NCBI GenBank assembly: GCA_030390025.1
Contig: CM059427.1
Span: 179,180,001 to 179,244,000, forward strand
Source: Squalus acanthias
Taxonomy: Eukaryota
DNA: 64,000 nucleotides
Direction of reading: 5' to 3'
Both the position numbers and the translations under genes were made by a program. Positions within the stretch are counted from its first letter, which is position 1, and every line of letters begins with the position of its first letter. The notes under the pieces are model-generated. The model was given only the letters and a program-made list of their open reading frames with translations, was not told the origin of the DNA and ran no database searches. Shown here in pieces: positions 26,133-38,240 of this stretch.

Positions 26133-28478
26133 AAAAACATAAGAAATAGGAGCAGGAGTAGGCCATTCGGCCCTTCGAGCCTGCTCCGCCATTCAATGAG
26201 ATCATGGCTGACCATCTGCCTCAACTACATTCACTGGCCCTATCGCCATATTCCTTGATATCCTTACTAGTCAGAAATCTATCGACTTCTGTTTTGAATA
26301 TACCCAATGACTGTCCCTCCACAGCCCTCTGAGGTAGAGAATTCCAAAGATTCACCACCCTCTGTGTGAAGAAATTTCTTCTCATCTCAGTCCTGAATGG
26401 CCTACCCTTTATCCTGAGGCTGTGGCCCCTGGTTCTAGACTCCCCAGCCAAGGGAAACATTCTCCCAGCATTCACCCTATCAAGCCCTGTAATAATTTTG
26501 TATGCTTTAATGAGATCCCCTCTCATTCTTCTGAATTCAAGAGAATACAGGCCTAGTTTACTCAATCTCTTCTCATACGACAGTCCCTCCATCCCAGGAA
26601 TCAATCTCGTGAACCTTCGTTGCACTCCCTCTATGGCAAGTATATCCTTCCTTAGGTAAGAAGACCAAAATTGTACACAGTACTCCAGGTGTGGTCTCAC
26701 CAAGGCCCTATATAATTGGAGTAAGACTTCTTTACTCCTGTACTCAAATCCTCTTGTAATGAAGGCCAGCATACCATTTGCCTTCCTAATGGCTTGCTGC
26801 ACCTGCACATTCACTTTCAGTGACTCATGTACAAGGACACCCAGGTCCCTTTGAGCATCTGCATTCCCCAATCATTCACCATTTAGGAAATACTCTGCCT
26901 TTCTGTTTTTTCTACCAAAGTGGATAATTTCACATTTATCCACACTATATTCCATCTGCCATGTTCTTGCCCACTCACTGAGCCTGTCGAGATCCCCTTG
27001 AAGCCTCTTCACATCCTCTTCACAACTGACACTGCCACCTAGCTTTGTATCATCAGCAAATTTGGAAATGTTACATTTAGTCCCCTCATCCAAATCATTG
27101 ATATAGATTGTGAATAGCTGGGGCCCAAGCACCGATCCTTGCGGTACCCCACAAGTCACAGCCTGCCATCCTGAAAAAGACCTGTTTATCCCTACTCTTT
27201 GTTTTCTGTCTGTTAACCAATTCTCAATCCATGCTAGTATATTACCCCCAATTCCATGTGCCCTAATTTTGTTCACCAACCTCTTGTGTGGGACCTTATC
27301 GAGGGCCTTCTGAAAATCCAAATACACCACATCTACCGGTTCCCCTTTGTCTACTCCACTAGTTACATCCTCAAAGAACTCCAATAGGTTTGTCAAACAA
27401 GATTTCCCTTTCATAAATCCATGTTGACTCTGCCCAATCTTACTATTAGTTTCTAAGTGCCCAGTTATTGCATCCTTTATAATAGATTCCAGCATTTTCC
27501 CAACTACTGATGTGAGGCTAACAGGTCTGCAGTTCCTCGTTTTCTCTCTCCCTCCTTCTTAAATAGCGAGGTTACATTTGCTATCCTCCAATCTGCAGGA
27601 ACCATTCTAGAATCTATAGAACTTTGGAAGATGACCACCAATGCGTCCACTATCCCAATGGCCACCTCTTTTAAAACACTAGGATGTAGGTCATCTGATC
27701 CTTGGGATTTATCAACTTTTAGTCCCATTAATTTTGCTAGTACTGTTTTTTTACTAATAATAATTTCTTTAAGTTCCTCATTCTCGTCACACTCTTGATT
27801 TTCTCGTATTTCTGGGAGGTTTTTTGTTTCTTCCTCCGTGAAGACAGAAACAAAGTATTTATTTAATTTTTCTGCCATTTCCTCATTCCCCATTATAAAT
27901 TCTCCTGTCTCTGACTGTAAAGGACCTACATTTACCTTTGCCAGTCTTTTCCTTTTCACATACCTATAGAAGCTTTTACACTCCGTTTTTATATTTTTTG
28001 CTAGTTTGTGCTCATATTCCATTTTCCCTTTCTTTATCAATTTCTTGGTCCCCCTTTGCTGATTTCTAAAAAGATCCCAATCCTCAGGCTGACCGCTTTT
28101 TCTGGCAACTTTATAAGCTTCCTCCTTTGACTTAATACTAGCTTTAATTTCTTTTGTTAGCCATGGTTGGATCACTTTTCCTTTTGGGTTTTTATGCCCC
28201 AGAGGAATATATGTTTGTTGCAAATTATGCATTATTCCTTGAATGTTAGCCATTGTATGTCCACCTTCATACCTTTTAGTGTAGTCTCCCAATCTACCAT
28301 GGCCAACTTGTTCCTCATACCCTTGTAGTTTCCTCTGTTTAGATTGAAGACCTTAGTTTCAGATTGGACTACATCACTCTCAAACTTAATATAAAATTCA
28401 ATCATATTATGGTCACTTGTCCCGAAAGGCCCCTTTACCACGAGATTATTGATTAGCCCTTTCTCATTACACAGTAGC
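26133..28478 (-). mobile_element. 5'-truncated CR1 LINE, ORF2 with stops
   Basis: ORFs 28232-28486, 27504-28292, 26872-27495 and 26221-26871 are colinear with the CR1 at 2400-5490. Confidence 0.95.
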
Positions 28479-28994
28479 CATCCCACGCCGGGTCCCGTCT
28501 CCTTGGAGGTGGGAAGGGATTAAAGCCTATTAACTGCCTGTTAACAGGTAGTTAACAGGCAGAAAATAGGATTATCCCCTTTTTGCCCTCACAAGTGCGG
28601 GCTTCCCGAAGGCTCCGAAACATGCCATCTAAACTCAGCGAGTACTGGGTCTGCGAGGGTCGCGGGGGGGGGGGGGGCAAAAGTGCGGTGTGAAGGTAAG
28701 TGATGGGTGCAAGAGTGTAGAGGTGAGTATCTGAGGTAAGTGCAAAGTGTTTTTAAAAGTGTACTTACCTTTGTTTCTTCCTACAGGTTTCAGTCGGTTT
28801 GTATGCGGAGAGTCTCGGACCTCCGCGTAGGGATTGACAGGTGGCCGTTGCATTCTCAGATGCAACAACCATCTCAATTCTGTTAAACAAAGAAGTTTGA
28901 TGGGGTCTTGTATGCAAGACCTCATCAAACTGCAGAAAATGTCACTGTTTGACAGCTTTAGACAGCTGTCAAACGATGACAATTCATCTGTCAA

Positions 28995-29675
28995 AATTTT
29001 TTTGCTCACGATGTGGTCTCCTCTACATTGGGGAGACCAAACGCAGATTGGGTGACCGCTTTGCGGAACACCTCCGTTCAGTCCGTAAGGGGGGCCCCGA
29101 GTTCCTGGTGGCCTGTCACTTTAAATCTCCACTCCCACTCTGACCTCACCGTCCTCGGCCTATTACACTGTTCCACGGAAGCTCAGCGTAAGCTCGAGGA
29201 ACAGCACCTCATCTTTCGTTTAGGCACCCTACAGCCCTCTGGACTCTTTATCGAGTTCAACAGTTTTAGATCATAACCTCAGCCCCTATCACATTTATAT
29301 TTTATTTTTTCATCCACCCTTTTGTTTGGCCCCCCCTTTTTTTTCCCTCCCAGAAGCTGGCAGCTGTCCTTCATTCTGCCAGTGCATTTCACACTTCTTT
29401 TAGCCTCAACCTGTCACATTAACACCTCCTCTTGCCTTGATCATCTCTTAATGTCTCTTAATCTCTCCTTTTGTTCTTTCATCCCCTCCCCCTTTTCCCA
29501 GCATTATACTTGCTTTAAATCTATTTCATTTCCTGCCTTTTTCCAGTTCTGACAAAAGGTCTTCGACCTGAAACGTTAACTCTGTTTCTCTCTCCACGGA
29601 TGCTGCCTGGCCTGCTGAGTTTTTCCAGCGTTTTCTGTTGTTATTTCGGATTTCCAGCATCCGCAGTATTTTGCT
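28995..29675 (+). mobile_element. PLE 3' fragment: GIY-YIG endonuclease + pLTR
   Basis: CSRCGLLYIGETKRRLGDRFAEH..RKLEEQHLIFRLGTLQPSGL.IE; pLTR about 29543-29675. Confidence 0.9.
29545..29581 (+). ncRNA. Minimal hammerhead ribozyme motif (family A), core mutated to CUGACAA
   Basis: AGUU CUGACAA A AGGUC UUC GACCU GAAA CG UU AACU. Confidence 0.6.
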
Positions 29676-30546
29676 ATCGTCATACGTTGATGTGCTCTGC
29701 AACCGGCTTCCCCTTAATTGGCCTGCTGAGCCCGCTGGAGTGGGCTTAACAAGGTCAATCAAGGGAAAATAGCGTGGGTTAGCCACAAATCGATGGAGGC
29801 GGGACATCGACCCGACAAGCAGCAGTCCAGCCTCCAACGCGTCCCCAGTCACAAAATCGCCCCCAAGGAGAGGAAAATCAAAAATAAAAGTGGAGAGAAG
29901 AGCAAAGTTAGGTAGAAATGTTAACTTATATTTTCTGAATCTTATGCAATGTTATGTTCCTGTGTACACGAATTTTGATCAGGTGTATACAGGAAAAGCG
30001 TACAAATTGTAAGAAGAATATTTGTACTGAAAAGCTTGATCACAATTTAGGAACAATAGTTAATGGTGGCACTTAATTATATCAAGCTTAATTGGTAAGT
30101 ATTCAGCAAGTGATTACAGTGAAGCAATGCAGCCACTATATAGGCCATACAATTAGACCCTTGTTAAGTGAATAGCATTTTCTTTTGATGAGTGATCAGA
30201 TTGTACCACACATTTCATTCTAATGCAGTGGCAACACTGCTGAGAACAACAGTATTTACCACAAAATAAAATGACTATCAGAATGCCATCATCACAGTCC
30301 CATTTTAAAAAGTCACAAAGGTCAATTGACTTCAACATCAGTTGCATTATTTTTCTGCCTGTTCTGATAGAACATTTTAATGCAGAGCTGCCCTGATGTT
30401 AACTGCACCAACCTGTGTGGAACTGAGCCATACAGGCCTAGCAGTTTTTTAAGTCTCTGTTGCATTAGTTGATCTCAATGTGATAGGGTTAGAATTGGTA
30501 TCTGTGCCTCTGGGCTAGGGATCCTACTGTTTGCTGAAAAGTCCAA

Positions 30547-31277
30547 GGGCTAAAAATTGAGTAGCGCCCCATTTGGCTACTTTTAGTGCCCCGGAAAAAT
30601 TAGCACCCCCACGCCGGAAATTCACTGGTAGCGCCCCAAGAGGGAAGCGGGGCGATACTGGAAGCGCCCCGCATCCCTCTTGGGGCACTGCGACGGAATA
30701 TTGGGCGCTGCGGCACATCGCGCCACAGTATTGCAGGCCTTGCTCCCCTTCTTAAAGGGGAGGGGCCTTGTGCAGCGCGACCTGGGGCCCAGCTGGGCCC
30801 CCGGGGATCAGGAGTGCCGGCAAAAGTGCCCGGCACTCAAGAGAAGTGCCGGGCTCTTGGAGCGCAGCCGGCACTCCACGGGGGGGGGGGGGGGGGGGGG
30901 GCGTTCAGGAGGCCGGGGACGGGAGCGCAGGCAGGTGCTGGCAGGCGGCCAGCAACAAAAATGGCCGCCCCGCACCTCACCTTTAAATATCGCCTCCCCG
31001 ACCACAGGTAGGCCACCCTGACCCCGTCGGACATAGCGCCCAGCGGTAAGTCATGGAGCGCTCCTGAAGATCGCGGCCGAGGCGCAAGCAGGGCGCTGCA
31101 CACGCTGATGACATCATCTCTGGCGGCGCAGCGCCGCGGGGCGCTACTGGTTAGCGCTGTTGCTAACCTCCCGCTGAATTTCACGGGAGGCATGGGTGGT
31201 GCTGCGCCCGGGCGCTAGTTGCTTTGCGCCCCGTTAGTGCCTCAACGGGAGGCGCAAAGCAACTGAATTCTTACCCC
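30547..31277. mobile_element. CpG-rich Harbinger MITE related to the element ending at 1872
   Basis: GGGCTAAAAATT / AATTCTTACCCC; right end aacgggaggcgcaaagcaactgaattcttacccc closely matches 1840-1872; caag on both flanks. Confidence 0.88.
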
Positions 31278-32359
31278 AAGTGTGTGGATGTGGACTGAAG
31301 ACAAGATATAACTCAGCAGTACACTCCACACCTCCCCTGCAACCATGGTCAAATAGCTTGCCAACACTCTGTCCAAGCTGACAGATGAAGGCTGGTCACT
31401 TGGATGAGGTACCAGAGAGTCAGAGCTTTGAGAAGAGAAAATAATTGTAAGGGGAGAATTTCTTTTTTTTAAATGTAGGTATCGAGTGTTGGCAGCATCA
31501 TTGTGCAACTGGCTGGGAAATATTATTGATTGCAGTAATGCTAGGGACTGAATTAACAAGTGCAGAATTGAATGGTTATTAACCCCTGGATAATAACTAT
31601 CACTGCTGACATAAACTCTATGTTTGTACCTTACATTTATGAAGGGGATGCTGATAATGAATCTGTCTTTTAATAAATTAGAATCAATCAAGGTTACAGA
31701 TTGATAAGTGCTAATTAAAAATTGTAGATTTTCACACATTGCTCTAATTATACTTTATAATATTCATCATCACAATTGACAGATTACCTTTTCTGCAGGT
31801 GTTTAATAAAAGTGGCCTAGTGACCTTTCAAATGCTACAGCAGAGAGTTATAGATTGTGAGCTCCACTGGAGACAGTCAACAGCAAACCATTTTTGTGAG
31901 CACTTGCAGTCGCTCAAGAGATCATATCGTCAATTAGCCCAAATTGTACAAAAATACTCAATTCGTGCAGCTTTTCAGTGATGTTTTCTGCCTCCTCTCC
32001 CATTAGACTTTTCTCATATATCCTCCTTATATAATGCAATAAATATAATTAACCATCTTAAGTTAAATTAGCTTTAATAACCCGTGTTCCTTCAGTTCTC
32101 CAAACGCTAAATCTTCGCCCCAATTCAGAATTTTTTTTTTATATCAAGCTATCAATAGGCTCAGATGTGGGATAAAAATGGAAAATCCTGATTGTCTATG
32201 GATTTTTGGGTTCTCTTGTGAAAGAAATAGCAAGGTTAGGGAAGAGAGAGGGCCGTACTGACAGAAAGCAAGACAGATAACAAGCAGAGGCAATACGGAG
32301 GAAGAGCATATGACAACAAGGAATGAGAGCACAAGACAAAGTAGATAGAGTGAGCACCA

Positions 32360-32394
32360 GTTCTGACGAAGGGTCATCGACCTGAAACGTTAAC
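32360..32394 (+). ncRNA. Minimal type I hammerhead ribozyme motif (family A)
   Basis: GUU CUGACGA A GGGUC AUC GACCU GAAA CG UU AAC. Confidence 0.75.
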
Positions 32395-32492
32395 ACTGTT
32401 CCTCTCTCCACAGATGCTGCCTGACCTGCTGAGTATTTCCAGCATTTTCTGTTTTTATTTCAGATTTCCAGCATCCGCAGTATTTTGCTTTT
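32361..32492 (+). mobile_element. Solo PLE pLTR (family A)
   Basis: Matches 54506-54637; exact 20-bp TSD GTAGATAGAGTGAGCACCAG (32341-60, 32493-512). Confidence 0.9.
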
Positions 32493-34159
32493 GTAGATAG
32501 AGTGAGCACCAGATAGCAAGAACAGCAAGTCTCGCTGCCATGGTCTCTTGTTCTCTCTCTCTCTCTTTGTTGACGTGAGGGTTGATGGCACAATTTAAAA
32601 AAAGAAATGATAAGTAGTACTAAGGCAAAGAGAGAAACTCAAATTGAAGAAAGGAACATCAAGGGTCAGGAACAAAAATAATGGAGACACAGAGCAAAAG
32701 AAAACAAAGTATATTCTAAATAATTGCATCTTTTTCCTGTAACTCATACGTTTTCATGAGTTTGCAGCAAACACCTGAAGAAAAAGTACCTTAAGTGTTC
32801 TCACTTATGTGTTGATATACATAAATATAGGAAAACCGTCCAAGAAATACAGGGAAAGAAAATTAGAATCTATAAAGTCTGCTTGGGGACATTTTTTGCT
32901 CAAGAAACTAGACAGCCCCTATTTTTAATTACAAGTTTACTGCTCTCAGCTTCCATTTCTTTGGGTCATAGAACATAAAGAGGCTCCTGTGCTCATTTCT
33001 CTTTAAAGACCACCTGCTATATATATTTAAAACAACACCACTGACTAACAGTTAAGGAGAGCTGTGTACTGAATAAGTGAAGCACATACACATCACGTTA
33101 TGTACAAATTCCAATTTCTATTGAAAAGTAAGTGGATTTCTGAAATCATTACACTTTCTCTGCAACTCACGGACAATTAAGGGGGAAAATATTAATTTGA
33201 TGGCTAGCTATCACTCAAATGAAGCTAAAACACTGCCCCTCTGGGGGAGATGATGCCCTAGATCAAAAATACATAAATCCATTTATGCTGCTTTGTGATG
33301 CTGCATTGTGCCACTCACAGCCCCTGTGGCAATCTCAAATGCTCTTTTAAGCTTGCAGTACGAGTGGAATAGCGCCACAAATTCAGCTCACTATGCACCG
33401 TCTTTAGCTTCTACTGGCTAAGCAGCACTCTCAGAAGGGTAATGCCAGATGCTTTTATCTTGTGAGGCCTACTCTGCTTTCTGCTCAGTAACATTTCATT
33501 CCTCTGGCTCTTAGCCACTTTCGCCAGGTGGGCTGAGAAAGGATGAGGGTAAAAATAATGCTTAAGAAGTGCTCTCTCTCTCAATCTCTCTCTCTCTCTG
33601 GTAGGAATTGCTTCCATTGTTGTGTTTGTGCTGTGACTTGTAATTCTCAGTGGCACAAATTGAAAGGAGATGTCAGCAATTCTTCAGCTGCATGTGCATT
33701 ATACTAATCCTCAGCCCACTCCTCATCACTGTGCTGCAACAATTTGCTGGCATTGTCTGTCACTTCCTTTCATCGTCTTCCAGTTCATTTTATGCTCCCA
33801 AGCCTCCGAACTGTCACAACTATGTATAGCTGTACATAAACAACTTCCCTTTCACCCAGAAACATTTGCAAAATAGACACATATAATTTCATCAGTAATA
33901 TGTAACATATTGTATGACATTAGCAGGCAGAGGTTATTCTGTGAAATGGTGTATGTGCATCCTATGATGATTCAAGTGTTATTACGGGCATCATCGTGGA
34001 ACTTCAGTGTGCAGTGGCAGCCTGTGGGTTTATGGCAGCACTTCCGCAGGTTCCCAATCTCAGATGAACCGTCATGAAAAGAAGTTGCTTGGAGAGGAAA
34101 GGGGGAAGGACGTAGATAAATTAGCTCTTTAAAAAAAAATTATGAGCTGCCCCAATCCC

Positions 34160-34545
34160 TCAACTAGCTAAGGCAATGAGTAGCTGAGCCAGTTGACTGG
34201 GAAAATCTCAGTTTCAATTCCCAGTCTGTGTTCAATAAACCAATCTCAGTGGGGACAGTGGTAACTCCAATTGGCTTCAATTCCCCTAGATTTAGGAGAG
34301 GAAAATCGGCCAGGTTTTCTGCTCTTGACTGCTTTCCACTGACCCTCCTGCGGAAAGAGTATGTGGACATTGGGTGAGGGCAGGATCAGGCTTGCTGTGA
34401 TGCCCCTCACAGTTGAATTGCCTGCCAGCAGTCACCATCAAGGTTCACACATGAAGGATGGCCACGTGGGTGAGGCACTGGAGGGCACCCGCATCTGCGG
34501 AATCATTCGCCAGCGAGGAGTTAATGCTTTCAAGAGAAAGGGAGG
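34160..34545 (+). mobile_element. Old SINE-like element; shorter relatives near 30395-30525 and 37865-37980
   Basis: Shared ctgagcca..gtt(t)c..tctgtg..gatctcag head with degenerate B box. Confidence 0.45.
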
Positions 34546-35826
34546 AAGAGGAGGAACACGGGGAAACCAGAAATAAATAGCACAATTTAAAGAGAGAAAT
34601 TATATATGAAGTGATCCGTTACTCTGTATCATTTCCTCAAAGGTCAAACAAAACATTGACCAAATCCTAATATACTACAAGTGCAAACATCTTCGATTGC
34701 AGCACAGACACTGTGGAAGTTAAATGCTGTGTAAGTGTTTGAGACATTAAATTGAAATTTCGTCTTGTGATGATTGCGGAAAGTCGACAATGCTGACAAA
34801 TGAGTAAGTAGCGCCTACCCTAAGAATGGAATCTCGCGGTAAAGAGCGCAGCAGTGCAGTAGGCGGGTGTACTTCTGAAACTTGGATATAGGTATATTGA
34901 TCACTTAGCTTGAGGCTTAGATCATGCTGAACCTGAGCTGAGAAGACTTGGTACTGTCACTCGGTGCTAAAAGTGGATACATTAAATCAATTTGTGCCCG
35001 AAAGCATAGTGTAGGCTTCATATAAAAGCAACACTGTAATCTGGTGAAATGCTTTTTAAGACACTTCGCCTGATTTATTGGCTGAAGACTGGACGATGCT
35101 ATGACATCACCAGTCACATTCGCCACCGAAATGTTAACACCTTTGGTCCAAATGTAATTTTTAAATTTCATGCTACCCTATAACTGGCTTCTATGAAGTG
35201 TGGGACACCATCGTGGAGTGTTGCACATCTAGCTCCTCTCACCATGCGGGAAACTGGCTAATTTCTGTTTAGTTCCTCTCCTTGATGATATAATGATGGA
35301 AACTCTTGGCAATCCAATCAAAAATAGCAGACTGAGACTGCACAGAAGCAGAAGGGTTTGCATTCCATTGAATGCTCCTGTACAGTAGCGTTGCAGTTGC
35401 TGTGCATTTTCACGCATTGTAAATAGGGTACTACATGAGCACTGTACTGGAGAGACGCTATGTGCATATTAATTTACGACTTAAGTATTTTCAGCTACGT
35501 TAACACCAGTCTTTGAAAATTAACTTTCAAAACACAGCTTTTGCTTCACTAAGCTTCCCAATGCCAATCATAAAGGCAGAACTCAGGCGGGGGCGGCGGT
35601 AGGGTGCAGTGCAAAGTGCATAGAGCAGCAGCGTGAGTTCATAGACCATAAGGAGGCACACATTTGGGAAGAATTTTCTTGGTGTCAGGGATTTTGGCCA
35701 GGAGTTAATCTTTTTATTACCCATCACAACTGGGGACTAGGGCTTATTTTATTTGAAGAGCAGAATCTCGTACAAAAATCACAAAGAGAAGTACAAATGA
35801 GGGAAGCCATCCTTTTATAGAAACCT

Positions 35827-36549
35827 AGGGGTGAAATTCTACTTCGTAGTGCAAAACGGGCGGCAGCAAATTGGCATTTACACCCGGCTCAATTTTCTTT
35901 CCCATTGGGTTTCGGGCTTCGACAGAATTTGCATTTCACCCTGCCGCCCACCACCTACGGTCTCACCACCACAGAATCCAACAGGTTGTTGAGTTTTTGG
36001 GGTTGGATTCATGATCTAGTAGAAAATCAGGAGAATGAGAGAAAATTCAGGCAGAGAGGCTTACCGCCATCACACCACCTCAACCTGGATTTCCCACCCC
36101 CATCCTGCCATTAACTGCTCCTTCCCCATCTGCTGCATGCAAATGGAGGCAGGGCTTGGGTCCCTGATAGATTTCCCTCGTGTCTACCTCACTGACCACC
36201 ACTTCCTATTGCTGCCACGTGGAAAATGGCAGTAAGTGCCGATAAGCGGCCCTGAGGTCAGAGAATCGAGGGAGAGGACCTTGATGAGGCCTCCTCTCCC
36301 TTCAATTCGGCCCAGATCTCACCCTATTTTCAGTGGAAGCTTTGATGCAGTCTTCAGGGTGCTCCTGACCCTGCAAGGTCCCTTGCCTCCTTTTGCTGGT
36401 GCCGCAGAGGTGCCCTGCAGCATTGGGATTTTCCGTTTTGCATTGGTGGGTTCCATTTTTCAGCGTGAATCCTGTGTATTGTGAATGACTCCTGACCCAG
36501 AATTATGGGTCAGGGTCAAGGCAGATTTGCCCTGAAAGAATTCCACCTT
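35827..36549. mobile_element. Decayed Harbinger-type MITE
   Basis: GGGGTGAAATTCT ... AGAATTCCACCTT. Confidence 0.55.
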
Positions 36550-36619
36550 GATGAGGAGAATCCAGCCCAAATTGTCTTCACTACCCTACCTAGAATACCA
36601 GGAATGCTTCATTACATTT

Positions 36620-37500
36620 GGCCTTTTACTAGTTTGTGCCTATGTTTTCCACTACTGTAGTTATGGTTTAACTTGAAGTAATACTCAGGGCTATCCTTTC
36701 CAAGGTGCAGCCTGACCAGAGATGAATACTGTTTCAGCATGTTGGCCTCAAACTTATACATTCTGCTCGTTTGTTGATTTTGTTCCACAATGATTGGATG
36801 TGGTAACTGCTGTGTCTGCAATCACTTTTTGATATCTTTCTGACTCTCACCTAGCCAGTTTGACACTATCCATTGAGTATGTCACCACTTTCTTTTCTTT
36901 CAATGTTTTAACATCTTGGATTCACCTGTATTGAATTTCAGTTGCAATACTCACTTGCAACGTTTTTCTCGGCCTTTCTGCAGTTCATTGTTTTTTTCAT
37001 TGGACTCAACTGCTCCCCCCACACAACTTAACCTTGTCCCTGAATCTGGCCAACTTGCATTGCGTTCCAGCTCGTTAATTAGAATTAGTCCAGGCACCAA
37101 CACAGATTCTTGGGGCACTCCATTGAGTACATCACCTCACCCTAACATCCTCCCTTAACCAGCACCCACTGCTTTCCTTCTTTCAGCTGTATCCAATTCC
37201 AATTTGCTTGGGGTATCCATAGCAGTCAGCTTGTGTAGCTGCCTTTAGCTTGTGCATGTGTCTTTAGCTTGTGTAGCTGCCTTTAGCTTGTGCTTGTGTC
37301 TTTAGCTTGTGTAGCTGCCTTTAGCTTGTGTGTGTGTCTTTAGCTTGTGTAGCTGCCTTTAGCTTGTGTGTGTGTCTTTAGCTTGTGTAGCTGCCGTTAG
37401 CTTGTGTGTGTGTCTTTAGCTTGTGTAGCTGCCTTTAGCTTGTGTAGTTGTCTTGCACGTTGAACTTTATTGAATGTTTCCTGGAAGTCCAGGTACAGTT
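36620..37500 (-). mobile_element. Old CR1 RT/3' relic containing a tandem array
   Basis: Reverse complement of decayed LDFQ..F.KV, GVPQ.SVL.P and HRHKLVKG segments. Confidence 0.55.
37227..37448. repeat. Minisatellite, about 38-bp dimeric unit, about 6 copies
   Basis: (ctttagcttgtgtagctgc ctttagcttgtgtgtgtgt)n. Confidence 0.95.
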
Positions 37501-37714
37501 CATCCTAGACCTTAACACTGTTATGGATGCAGACAGGCGAAATAAGCTTAAATCATCCTAGGTTGGGCTTTAATCGGTAACCTTGTAATTCAGAGATGAA
37601 ACCCATTCCAACTAAGCCTCCAATGATAATGGACTTTCTATCAATGAGCACTGTTGGGTCTAATGGTAAGTTCAATAGCCCAGTTAACATTTGACGCTCC
37701 AATTAAGACACCAT

Positions 37715-37858
37715 GGGGGTAAATTTAACTTTTGGCAATGGTGTAAAACGGGAGATATTGGATTTGCCGCCCGTTATACAACCTGCAGGGGTGTCAAATG
37801 TGTGGCCAATCCCCTATCGTCTGTTGTACACCATCATCAAAAGTTAAAATGATCCCCC
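37715..37858. mobile_element. 144-bp Harbinger-type MITE
   Basis: GGGGGTAAATTTAACTTTTG / CAAAAGTTAAAATGATCCCCC, CAT TSD. Confidence 0.8.
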
Positions 37859-38178
37859 CATATACCTGATGGCTGAGTGGATAGACAGATTACATGGTGT
37901 ACACTCGGCCATATAGACCAGAGAGGCTCCAGATTTGATCAGTTGCCTATATTCAGTTAGCTAGTCTCAGCAGGAATGATGGCGGGTAAATTTATCAACA
38001 TTCTGGGATTAGGCCACACCAGCCCGTGTACCTCCCCACCCCCGTCCAGCAGAATGGCAAGGTGCCGTTCTGAAATCTCGCTAGCTTTGCTGGGCGGGTG
38101 CCCCAATATCGCCATCACTGCCAGCCCTATTCAAGTGACTCTGTCCCCTGGATTTGGGCCAGGAAAGGGCAAAACAGT

Positions 38179-38240
38179 GGGCAGAAATTCCACCCAGCTA
38201 CACTTCGGGCAGTGGAGTGGGACTTCTGAAATTTCTACCC
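38179..38240. mobile_element. 62-bp mini-MITE candidate
   Basis: GGGCAGAAATT / AATTTCTACCC; no clear TSD. Confidence 0.45.

Larger units (their letters stand above)
26005..29864. mobile_element. Harbinger-type non-autonomous element split by CR1 and PLE insertions
   Basis: GGGGGACGATTTTG / CAAAATCGCCCCC, caag on both flanks; GC-rich pieces at 26005-26130, 28479-28990 and 29676-29864. Confidence 0.7.

Noticed and set aside
30600-31193. CpG-island promoter or GC-rich ORFs
   Set aside because: Entirely inside a TIR-bounded MITE
31799-31981. Possible terminal exon after ttttctgcag
   Set aside because: Acceptor only; peptide unrecognised and no linked exons
37227-37448. CRISPR-like array
   Set aside because: No unique spacers, no cas genes, eukaryotic context
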